Below, piece by piece: positions 1 through 8,371 of a stretch of 60,054 bases of DNA. A model generated the notes under the pieces. It ran no database searches. It had not been told where the DNA came from and saw only the letters and a list, made by a program, of their open reading frames with translations. A program made the position numbers and the translations under genes. Source of the stretch: Fimbriimonadales bacterium (GTDB lineage Bacteria > Armatimonadota > Fimbriimonadia > Fimbriimonadales > Fimbriimonadaceae); contig JBBREX010000001.1 in NCBI GenBank assembly GCA_038225245.1, forward strand, positions 1 to 60,054, in the 5' to 3' direction. Position 1 is the first letter of the stretch; each line of letters opens with the position of its first letter.

Positions 1-1652
1 AAGGAGCCGACCTGGTCGTTCGGCACAACGGCTCTATTTCGGGTGAGCATGGAGATGGCCAAGCTCGTGGCGAGCTTTTGGAACGCATGTTCGGTCCAGA
101 GTTGATCGACGCCTTTGTGGAATTCAAGACGATTTGGGACCCGGACTGGAGAATGAATCCTGGCAAGCTCATCGCGCCCTATCGCTTGGATGAAAGTTTG
201 ACCACGGGGGTTTCGTATGCGCCTTGGGAGCCAGAGACCCATTTTTCCTATGAGCAAGATCATTTTAGCTTCGCTCGCGCTTCCCGGCGATGCGTAGGCG
301 CTGGAGTTTGCCGGCGTTCGTCCGGCGGCACGATGTGTCCGAGCTACCGGGTGACTCGAGAGGAGAAGCATTCGACCCGTGGCCGCGCCCGCATGCTTTT
401 CGAAATGATCGAAGGCGATCCGGTCGAGGACGGATGGAAGAGCGAGGAAGTTAAGGACGCACTCGATCTTTGCCTTGCTTGTAAAGGATGCAAGGGCGAA
501 TGCCCGGTTCAAGTGGACATGGCAACCTACAAAGCCGAATTCCTGTCGCACTACTACAAGGGCCGACTGAGACCCCGGTACGCTTACGCTTTCGGCTTCA
601 TAAATGTTTGGTCGCGATTTGCCGCCCTCGCGCCGGGCTTTGTAAACCTAACCACCCAGTTGCCGTTGATCAAAAACCTGGCTCGATTCATCGCCGGCAT
701 CGATTCTCGACGAGAAATTCCGAAATTCGCTCCTGAAACCTTCAAGACCTGGTTCGAACGACGCCAACCGCCTACCGCCAACCGCCAACCGTACCCCGTT
801 CTCCTGTGGGCAGACACGTTCAACAACAACTTTCACCCGACAACCGCGCAGGCCGCCGTTGAGGTCCTCGAGGACGCAGGCTTTGCGGTGAGAGTTCCAC
901 GCCAACCCCTATGCTGTGGACGCCCGCTTTACGATTACGGATTCCTCGATCAGGCAAAACGCTACCTGGAACAGATCATGGCGAGCCTGCAAGCGGAAAT
1001 TCGAGCGGGCGTTCCGATCGTTGTTCTAGAGCCTAGCTGTTGCGCCGTGTTTCGCGACGAGTTGGTTGGCCTCTTTCCTCATCGCGAAGATGCGAAGAGG
1101 CTTTCCGAGCAGACATTTACCCTTGCCGAATTCCTCGAGCACGAAGGATATAAGCCCCCTCAGCTCAAGCGAAAGGCCATCTTGCATGGCCATTGCCATC
1201 ACAAGGCGATCATGAAGCTCGGGTCCGAGGAAAGCATCTTGCGAAAGATGGGACTCGACTTAGAAACGCCGGATACGGGATGTTGCGGAATGGCGGGGGC
1301 GTTCGGCTTCGAATCCGGCGAGCACTATGATGTGGCGATCGCTTGCGGCGAACAGGTTCTTCTACCTATTGCCCGAAATGCGCCTAAGGACACTTTGATC
1401 ATCGCGGACGGGTTTAGTTGCCGTGAGCAGGTCTCTCAAGCCACCGATCGAGTTCCGTTGCATCTTGCGCAAGTTCTTCAGATGGCCCTGCATGATGGCG
1501 AACACGGTGCTCCTGGAGATTTGCCGGAAACACGATACGTCCATCCGCCTCGCAACGTGAACGACGAGCTGAAAACGGCGCTCCTTGTCGGGGCAACCGT
1601 TTGGGCTCTAGCGGCCGGCGCGTCATGGCTGATACGTAGATTTCGACGCTAA
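1..1652 (+). CDS. FAD-linked oxidase C-terminal region fused to Fe-S / CCG (GlcF- or heterodisulfide-reductase-like) domains; the 5' end lies outside the window
   Basis: Frame 3 is open from nt 3 (..SGEHGDGQARGELLERMFG.., the end of an FAD-oxidase domain) and runs into ORF 78..1652. It has a ferredoxin-type cluster (CLACKGCKGECP), two CCG-type Cys motifs (PLCCGRP, DTGCCGMAG) and a C-terminal hydrophobic helix. Confidence 0.85.
   Translation, partial: GADLVVRHNGSISGEHGDGQARGELLERMFGPELIDAFVEFKTIWDPDWRMNPGKLIAPYRLDESLTTGVSYAPWEPETHFSYEQDHFSFARASRRCVGAGVCRRSSGGTMCPSYRVTREEKHSTRGRARMLFEMIEGDPVEDGWKSEEVKDALDLCLACKGCKGECPVQVDMATYKAEFLSHYYKGRLRPRYAYAFGFINVWSRFAALAPGFVNLTTQLPLIKNLARFIAGIDSRREIPKFAPETFKTWFERRQPPTANRQPYPVLLWADTFNNNFHPTTAQAAVEVLEDAGFAVRVPRQPLCCGRPLYDYGFLDQAKRYLEQIMASLQAEIRAGVPIVVLEPSCCAVFRDELVGLFPHREDAKRLSEQTFTLAEFLEHEGYKPPQLKRKAILHGHCHHKAIMKLGSEESILRKMGLDLETPDTGCCGMAGAFGFESGEHYDVAIACGEQVLLPIARNAPKDTLIIADGFSCREQVSQATDRVPLHLAQVLQMALHDGEHGAPGDLPETRYVHPPRNVNDELKTALLVGATVWALAAGASWLIRRFRR
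762..789 (+). repeat. Tandem heptanucleotide repeat, 4 units (CGCCAAC CGCCTAC CGCCAAC CGCCAAC), inside the CDS
   Basis: Read directly from the sequence. It encodes part of the ..RRQPPTANRQPYP.. linker. The same unit recurs at 55654-55688. Confidence 0.8.
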
Positions 1653-4600
1653 GTACGCCTTGAGAGTGCGAATCTCGAATGGGTGCATCGACACCGCGTT
1701 CGCGTTCCCGGTAAGGGTCGCCGAACCGAGCCGGTCTTCCACGAAATTGACCCACGCGGTGGCGCGAGGCCGCGTCGCCCAAGTCACGCCTCCAATAATG
1801 GCTTGCCCCTGGCTCTCGAAGAACCTAAGCACCAGGCTCCGATCGTCCTCCGACATCTTGAGCACGGTCGCTACAAGTCCCTTGCCGGAAATCGAAACCG
1901 GAGACCATTGTAGCGGCTCGCTTCCTTTCGCATCGAAAGGAACCGTCGCCGAGAGCAAAGGCTGATTGAACTCGGCCGCTCGCTGAACCGTTTCCGCCGC
2001 TCGCCAATCTCCGTTATGCGGATAGACCGAGTACCGCCAGTGGTGGTGGCCGGGATTAGGCACCGGGTCTGGGCTGAAGCTGGAGCGGATGAGGGTCAGA
2101 CGCATCGTCGAGCCGGTCGCCGAATGGCCATGCTTGCAATCGTTCAGCACCGATAACCCGTGAGAACCATCCCGGCTGCTCAGGTCTGCCCACTGGAGAG
2201 CGGGATATTCCTTGTCATCGGTTGGCCGCTCGATCGCTCCGAAGGGAATCTGGTGAGTTGAGATAGAATCGTTTAGATCGGTTTCGAAGGCCACCCGTAA
2301 CATCGGATTCTCTGTCTTTTCGGAGCCAATCACCTCCCAATCGCAATCGACCTCGCATTCAACCTGGGTAGACCAAGGATGGATCGAGAACGTTTGCGCA
2401 ACCGTGGTGGGAATGCTCGAGCCAAGGGACGCCTCCATGTAACGGAACTTGACCGAGGAAGTGCTGCCTTGATGCTCGACGGTAAAACTGGAGGGAACCC
2501 ACGATTCGTGGTGAACGAGCTTGCCGATCACCCACGCGCTCATACCCGCGGCTGCCTCGAAATGATTCTCCAATCGCCCCATCTCGCCCAAAATGCTGGT
2601 GCCAGAGCGCTTATCGGTGACCTTCGTAATGACGCCCTTGGCGGTGTCGAATTCGACTCTGAGAAAGCCATTTTCAAGAATGCGGCCATCTTTACTCTCA
2701 TCGACCCCCGCAATCTCGCCCCGCTTGAAGTTTTTGATCTGAAAGACCTTATAACCGAACGGCGGGACGTCCGGGGCATAAAATCGGCCCAGATGGCTCG
2801 GGCCATCGAGCACATCGACCTGGCTCATCTTTCCGTCCGGCGCGAAAGCCGCGCACTGCTCCGGATCGAGCCGCTCGCCCCCATCCCATCCGCTTTGAAC
2901 CATTAAGGTTTGCACCCAGCCGCTTCGGGCCCAGCCCAGAGGGTTGAACACCATGACGCTGATGCCACCTCGCTCGGGAGTCACCCGCAAAGACATCAAC
3001 TCCAAGGCACGGTTGGCAATATCCTTGTCGTCAGCAATGACGCGTCCCAGCATGATCTTCGTGTTCTCATAAGGGGCGTGAATGCCTGAGCCGGGCAGCG
3101 TGTCGTGATGATGATTGAAGCAGATGTCTTCCCAATTCCTGCGAAACGACGCCTTCGGATACCTAAATCCAAATTGAGAAGCCACTGCCGCAACTGCTTC
3201 GGCGCTTGTGGTCCATGCTTCCGCATTGCGATTTAGCTGCTTGATCTCCGAATGAGTTGTGTAGCATCCGTCGAATACGGGATTCAGCTCTTCGCTCACC
3301 TGTGGAATCTTCGATAGGTCATAGCCCTCGAGCTTCTTGAAGAACTGACTCGCGGTGGAGAACTTCACCACCGGCTTACTTGGATCTTTCATCCATTTCA
3401 AGGCTTCCTGAATGTATTCTCGAGTCGGGCCACCGCCGTGGTTGCCAACTCCGTACACCCAAAGCATGTCTTTAGAGCCTGTGTTGCGCTCGAAATCCAG
3501 CATCTCCTGAAACTGCTTATAAGAAAGATCGCTGTTGTACCAAGAGCCGCTGGCTGGCTCGTCGAAGGTGAGAATCTTAGTCCCGTCGAGCCCTTTCCAC
3601 CAAAACAGAGGCTTGCCCTTTCCGCCTCGGCAGAAGTAGTAATAATTGCATCCTCCAAGCTTAAGGATCTGGGGCATCTGCAAGCAATGGCCGAAGGTAT
3701 CGGGCTCCCAGCCGACAACTGCCGTTTTGCCAAACTTCTCACGGAAATACCTTTGCCCATAGAGGAAATGGCGAGCGTGCGATTCGGGTGAGATCATGTT
3801 CGTGTCTCCCTCACAAATCCGTCCCCCGACGATCTCCCAATGGCCCTTTTTGACCTCGTCCTGCATTTGCTTAAAGAGCTCTGGGTAATGCTGCTCGGTC
3901 GTCTTGTAAAGGCAGGAGCTGCTTTGGCTAAATGTAAATCCGGGGAACTCACGCATAAATCTAACCGCTTGGTTAAAGGTGTCATGAGTGGCGACGATCC
4001 CTTCCTGCCATTCCCAGAGCCATTGCAGATCGATGTGAGCGTGGCCAACAAGATGCCCGGTATAGGCGGTCATGGCAGGGTGCGTATGACTGAGCGCCTG
4101 ATGAGCGGCGTGGATTGCTGCTTGAAGCTCCTCTTCGGTTGCCGCTTGGCGTTGCTCGACCTGATCCAATAAGGCGGTTGCCTCCGTAACGTGCCTTTGA
4201 AGATGCTGGTCCGGATGGCGCTCGAGAAACTGCTTGGCGAGGGCTAGGTCCTTTCGCGCTTCGTCGATCTGACGGATTCTGTCCGCCCCTTTTTGCACCT
4301 CCGCGATCAGCTCCTCTGCTTTATCGGAGGAAACTTGCGATCGCGGGATCGTGATGCAGGACGGTTTGCGCGTGTAGCCCTCCGTGGCCAAGAGATTCTT
4401 GGTTGGGAGCGCCCCGCTCTCGTAAATGACGGTCCGCGAACCATCCATGTGGTTAACCGCGATATCGCCCACGAATTGCGCATAGACGCCGGGCTCGTCC
4501 CCTTCGAAATTCAGCGACCAGCCATTAGCGATGCGACCTTTCACGCCCTCCAAGGAAATCCGGCGGGCGAGCCATTTGCCTACCGCCTCCTTGAGCAAGC

Positions 4601-4934
4601 CATCGCCATGGGCGCGAATGCCGTTCTGATCGGTGACGCCCGTATCCCGCAGGGCATCGCCGTTGTCGTCGAACGAAACATCGATTCCCCCTTTCGCCAC
4701 GGGATTTTTCGGACTAAGGAAAATGTCGTATGCGAGCACGTCGCCGGTCTTGACGGTCAGCCGTTGAGTAGAGAATTCCAGATATGTAAAATAATTGCCT
4801 TTCCCCTTCGCGAGATTCGCGCTCACGAACGCGATGCACTCCTTGGTGGCTTGATGAGGCGATGCGGGCCTCTCCACCGCACGGCTTACGATCACGACGA
4901 GGGGAACGACCAGAAACGGCAACACAAGGCGCAT
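1623..4934 (-). CDS. Glycoside hydrolase family 38 alpha-mannosidase with a signal/anchor and a long N-terminal extension
   Basis: The GH38 core motif is present (HAHIDLQWLWEWQEG..., GGRICEGDTNM). The hydrophobic N-terminus MRLVLPFLVVPLVVIV starts at the ATG at 4934; the ORF is open to 4970. The 3' end overlaps the convergent gene by 30 nt. Confidence 0.85.
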   Translation of the reverse strand: MRLVLPFLVVPLVVIVSRAVERPASPHQATKECIAFVSANLAKGKGNYFTYLEFSTQRLTVKTGDVLAYDIFLSPKNPVAKGGIDVSFDDNGDALRDTGVTDQNGIRAHGDGLLKEAVGKWLARRISLEGVKGRIANGWSLNFEGDEPGVYAQFVGDIAVNHMDGSRTVIYESGALPTKNLLATEGYTRKPSCITIPRSQVSSDKAEELIAEVQKGADRIRQIDEARKDLALAKQFLERHPDQHLQRHVTEATALLDQVEQRQAATEEELQAAIHAAHQALSHTHPAMTAYTGHLVGHAHIDLQWLWEWQEGIVATHDTFNQAVRFMREFPGFTFSQSSSCLYKTTEQHYPELFKQMQDEVKKGHWEIVGGRICEGDTNMISPESHARHFLYGQRYFREKFGKTAVVGWEPDTFGHCLQMPQILKLGGCNYYYFCRGGKGKPLFWWKGLDGTKILTFDEPASGSWYNSDLSYKQFQEMLDFERNTGSKDMLWVYGVGNHGGGPTREYIQEALKWMKDPSKPVVKFSTASQFFKKLEGYDLSKIPQVSEELNPVFDGCYTTHSEIKQLNRNAEAWTTSAEAVAAVASQFGFRYPKASFRRNWEDICFNHHHDTLPGSGIHAPYENTKIMLGRVIADDKDIANRALELMSLRVTPERGGISVMVFNPLGWARSGWVQTLMVQSGWDGGERLDPEQCAAFAPDGKMSQVDVLDGPSHLGRFYAPDVPPFGYKVFQIKNFKRGEIAGVDESKDGRILENGFLRVEFDTAKGVITKVTDKRSGTSILGEMGRLENHFEAAAGMSAWVIGKLVHHESWVPSSFTVEHQGSTSSVKFRYMEASLGSSIPTTVAQTFSIHPWSTQVECEVDCDWEVIGSEKTENPMLRVAFETDLNDSISTHQIPFGAIERPTDDKEYPALQWADLSSRDGSHGLSVLNDCKHGHSATGSTMRLTLIRSSFSPDPVPNPGHHHWRYSVYPHNGDWRAAETVQRAAEFNQPLLSATVPFDAKGSEPLQWSPVSISGKGLVATVLKMSEDDRSLVLRFFESQGQAIIGGVTWATRPRATAWVNFVEDRLGSATLTGNANAVSMHPFEIRTLKAYLASKSTYQP

Positions 4935-4975
4935 ATGACCGTGTTTACCCGACCTCGGCGGTACTCTCACCTTTG

Positions 4976-5878
4976 ATGCCTGAGCTTCCGGATATCACCA
5001 TCTACGTGGAAGCCTTGCAGGCCCGAATCAAAGGCGCTCAGCTCGATCGAGCAATCGTCTTCAGTCCGTTTGCTTTGCGCTCGGTCGATCCTCCCCTCGC
5101 GGCCTGCTTCGGACGATCGGTGGTCGAAGTCAGCCGTCTTGGGAAGCGGATCGTCATGTCTCTCGATGACGACTTGCATATCGTTCTGAACCTCATGATC
5201 GCGGGCCGCCTGCTGTGGAGCGACGAGCCGACCGACAAGCGCTTCAGCGGCAAGCTCGGGCTCGCCACTTTCAGGTTTTCGACCGGCAGTCTCGGATTAG
5301 TGGAGGCGGGGACCAAGCGTCGGGCGTCGATCACCGTTGTTCGCGGCGAGGATGCCCTTAGGGCGCAAAACCCCGGCGGCATCGAGCCCTTGAACATGAC
5401 TCTCGAAGAATTCAAGCAGAACTTGAACCTGGAAAACCGCACCTTGAAGCGCGCCCTCACCAATCCACATTGGTTCAGCGGAATCGGCAATGCCTACTCG
5501 GACGAAATCCTTCACGCCGCCCGCCTCTCGCCGGTGCGCCTCAGCCGGACCCTGAACGATGACGAGGTCGCGCGGCTTTACGAAGCGACTCGCGAATCTC
5601 TGACCCATTGGACCGACGTGTTGCGCTGGCAATTCGGGGTCGGGTTTCCCAAGCTGGGCGAGATCACCGCCTTTCGGAAGGATTTCGCGGTGCATGGCAA
5701 GTTTGGCCAACCCTGTCCGGATTGCGGGAAGCCGGTCCAGCGCATCCGTTACGAAAGCAACGAGACGAACTACTGCGCGGCGTGCCAGAACGAGGGCCGT
5801 TTACTCGCCGACCGCGCCCTTTCTCGCCTGCTGAAAGCCGATTGGCCAAAGACGCTGGAGGAAATGGAGGGCGGCTGA
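4976..5878 (+). CDS. Fpg/Nei-family DNA glycosylase / AP lyase
   Basis: The N-terminal MPELPD catalytic motif starts at the ATG at 4976. An H2TH region is present, and a C-terminal zinc finger (CPDCGKPVQRIRYESNETNYCAACQ). Confidence 0.9.
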   Translation: MPELPDITIYVEALQARIKGAQLDRAIVFSPFALRSVDPPLAACFGRSVVEVSRLGKRIVMSLDDDLHIVLNLMIAGRLLWSDEPTDKRFSGKLGLATFRFSTGSLGLVEAGTKRRASITVVRGEDALRAQNPGGIEPLNMTLEEFKQNLNLENRTLKRALTNPHWFSGIGNAYSDEILHAARLSPVRLSRTLNDDEVARLYEATRESLTHWTDVLRWQFGVGFPKLGEITAFRKDFAVHGKFGQPCPDCGKPVQRIRYESNETNYCAACQNEGRLLADRALSRLLKADWPKTLEEMEGG

Positions 5879-6277
5879 GCCTGCGTCTCCTCCAATTCCT
5901 CCTATTCCTTTCCTACTAAGGGCAAACTTTTCGTTGTTACTCCCCCGGACGTGAAAATGGGGTTTCCAATAACTAGGCGCACGAGAAGGGCAAATGTCAA
6001 CCAGTTTTCCAAAAAAGGCGGCGGGCAGCCTGGATTTGCGAATGATGGGTGGCCGGTGGATGACGCTCCGGGAGACTTGGCTGATTGAAGACCAGGCGGC
6101 GTCTTCCACGGATTCCGCACGACGTGACACAATACGTGCTCGGCATACGAAAATCGGGATGGACCGGTTTGAGATTGTACTCTGCGTAACGAACATGGTT
6201 AGGCTCATATTTGCAGGCATCAGGGGAAGCCGCGAGGGCAAGTATGAAACCCGGCAGAATGACGACCTGGACAGCTT

Positions 6278-6312
6278 CCCCTGCCACCCACCTCACCCAC
6301 CACCCGCCACCC
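6278..6312 (-). other. G-quadruplex-type motif on the minus strand (five C3-4 tracts on the plus strand) abutting ATG 6318
   Basis: The plus strand reads cccctgccacccacctcacccaccacccgccaccc. The minus strand therefore has GGG tracts separated by 4-6 nt loops. Confidence 0.5.
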
Positions 6313-6317
6313 GCCAC

Positions 6318-6998
6318 ATGTATGAGCGTATTAGACTAGGCAATATGGCACAAGAGCATGAAGGCGAGAGCGCAGAAAATCTTCACATTCCACGGCCATT
6401 CAAGCTAGAGGACGTAGGCAAGCAGCTTCCTGGTCTACTGGAGAGAGTACTAGGGCTGGAGGCTTCGAAATGTCGGAATTACCGGTTTCTTTACGGGAAG
6501 GGATCGAGGCTCGGATGCGATTGGCGTCTACGACCATTCATCATGATAGATCAAACGCTGCCACAGATCAGCCAAGTCGCTGTGGCAACCGCGCTTTGGA
6601 CTCGGATCGAGGCGGGAGCTTATTGCCTGCGGAACCGATGGCCCAAGTTCATGGGAGCGTACGCTCGCATGGTCATGATCCTCGCTGCCCGAATTCAATA
6701 TCGAGATCTGAGTGGGACAAAGCGGGCTCTGGTAGGTGCGTTGCCTAGCCGCGCTAGCACCGCCGAGTGGAGCTTGGAATCAGCTGGGAAAGGAGTAGCC
6801 GGATTTTCGGCCACAGGAGCGTTGACCGTGCTGGAAGCGGTGCCAGAACTTGGAACCCGCGAAGTCTTCACCGAACAGGGTCGTGAGTGGCTCGAACGGC
6901 ATTTCATTAAGCTTCCCGACAGATCACCGGCGGAGATCGTAAAGCGAGTCGAAGAATGTATTGCCATCATCCGAGCGGCAGTAGAGTTAGATGTTTGA
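6318..6998 (+). CDS. Hypothetical protein (no recognisable domain)
   Basis: This is the 3' two-thirds of ORF 5994..6998, which has ordinary amino-acid composition. The N-terminal 108 codons look like non-coding read-through. Candidate starts are ATG 6318 or ATG 6345. Confidence 0.45.
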   Translation: MYERIRLGNMAQEHEGESAENLHIPRPFKLEDVGKQLPGLLERVLGLEASKCRNYRFLYGKGSRLGCDWRLRPFIMIDQTLPQISQVAVATALWTRIEAGAYCLRNRWPKFMGAYARMVMILAARIQYRDLSGTKRALVGALPSRASTAEWSLESAGKGVAGFSATGALTVLEAVPELGTREVFTEQGREWLERHFIKLPDRSPAEIVKRVEECIAIIRAAVELDV

Positions 6999-7111
6999 TA
7001 GGACCTTTTTATCCCTCCATGGCAAGCAACGGAGGCATATAATCCTCTTGACGCTGTTCTGACGAAGGCAGGCCCCCGTAACAACCCTCAGGCCCGTTGC
7101 GTCCTTAGGAT

Positions 7112-7696
7112 ATGGCCAACGAAATCACTCGCCGCACCATTCTCGGCGGTGGCGTGACCGCCGCTCTCTTCCCGTCCGCCTTCGCCCAGGTCACCAGCAA
7201 GCCAGCATCGGCATCCGAGTCGCCGTTCGAGCGGGATTATCCTGCCCCGGAATTCAAGCCATCTTGGAAGAAGCAACAACTCAACCGCACCCAGCTCCAA
7301 GACTTTGTCATCTACGCCCACTCCGACCTCGAAATGACCAAGAAGCTGTTGGACAAAGAGCCGGCGCTGCTTAATGGCATGATGGATTGGGGGGCGGGCG
7401 ACTGGGAGTCGGCTCTGGGCGGCGCTTCGCACATGGGACGGCACGACATCGTTGGATTCTTGCTGGAGCGCGGGGCGAGGATCGATATTTTCTGCGCCAC
7501 CATGATGGGCCGGCTCGAAGCGGTCAAATCGTTCCTGACCCTCCAACCGCACCTGATCGATGCGCGCGGGCCGCACGGCTTCAACCTGCACTTTCACGCC
7601 CAATTGGCGGGCGAGCATGCCGAAAAAATGCTCGCGTACTTGCAGTCGATCAAAAAGATCGAGCTCAAGCCCAATCCGTTCGTGAAAGGCAAGTAA
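7112..7696 (+). CDS. Tat-signal ankyrin-repeat protein
   Basis: A twin-arginine leader is present (MANEITRRTILGGGVTAALFPSAFAQ). Ankyrin-like repeats follow (..GASHMGRHDIVGFLLERGARIDIF..GRLEAVKSFL..). Confidence 0.8.
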   Translation: MANEITRRTILGGGVTAALFPSAFAQVTSKPASASESPFERDYPAPEFKPSWKKQQLNRTQLQDFVIYAHSDLEMTKKLLDKEPALLNGMMDWGAGDWESALGGASHMGRHDIVGFLLERGARIDIFCATMMGRLEAVKSFLTLQPHLIDARGPHGFNLHFHAQLAGEHAEKMLAYLQSIKKIELKPNPFVKGK

Positions 7697-7717
7697 CCGC
7701 GCTCCATAATATGGGCA

Positions 7718-8350
7718 ATGCGTTGCGTAAACGGGGTCTTGGTCCTTATTGGGACTTCGGTTCTGATGTTCGGGTGTGTGAAGGTCGATACCGCGCCTGC
7801 CGAGCCGAGCGTGCGAATGGGAGCACGAGCGCCTCAACTTGGAGACAAGACGCCTTACAACACGCTAGCCGGTTTCGTGCCGGGCTATTGGGCTTTGGGT
7901 TCGCATATGGATTCGACCTTCGCGAAGCAACTCGGTGTGGGAGCGCTTCAAGAGCAAAACGACGATCAGCCGGTAACCGCGGTGTTTCGTTTCAAAGACG
8001 ATGGGACGTTTACGTATAAGCGGCGCAAGTCGGGTGTGACGGTCGAAGGGGTGTGGCGGGACATAGGTAAAGGGATTCAAATCGACTACCTGACGGTTGG
8101 GGGAAAGCCGATCTCTCAAAGCCGCGAGGAGATCAAGAAAGCAGCTGAAAGCGGCACCCAAGCGGCGGTGTCCAGAGACCTCGCGGCCGACTCTCTCTTC
8201 GATGCGTTGTTGAAGCTGACTTACGCGGAGCCTTCCTCCGATCATCGCAAGCTGGTCTTCGTCAGCCCCGGCTCCGATGTCCAATCGGCGAATTCCGCAT
8301 TAATGGCTGCCAACGCCCTCGAACGGCTCGAGGCCGAAAAACCGAAGTAG
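7718..8350 (+). CDS. Hypothetical lipoprotein
   Basis: A signal peptide with a lipobox-like LMFGC is present. There is no recognisable domain. Confidence 0.6.
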   Translation: MRCVNGVLVLIGTSVLMFGCVKVDTAPAEPSVRMGARAPQLGDKTPYNTLAGFVPGYWALGSHMDSTFAKQLGVGALQEQNDDQPVTAVFRFKDDGTFTYKRRKSGVTVEGVWRDIGKGIQIDYLTVGGKPISQSREEIKKAAESGTQAAVSRDLAADSLFDALLKLTYAEPSSDHRKLVFVSPGSDVQSANSALMAANALERLEAEKPK

Positions 8351-8371
8351 GCACGGGGAGCCTCGCCAGAT

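Noticed and set aside
5994-6317. N-terminal 108 codons of ORF 5994..6998, and minus-strand ORFs 5801..6241 and 5997..6317
   Set aside because: These ORFs overlap one another and have low-complexity Arg/Ser/Pro composition with no motifs. The region is treated as non-coding, although a decayed gene is not excluded (see the finding at 5879-6317).
7088-7837. 249-aa ORF on the minus strand
   Set aside because: It is entirely antisense to the Tat-signal ankyrin gene, which has clear signal and repeat motifs. Its product is Arg/His/Gly-rich with no motif. This is a typical shadow ORF in GC-rich DNA.
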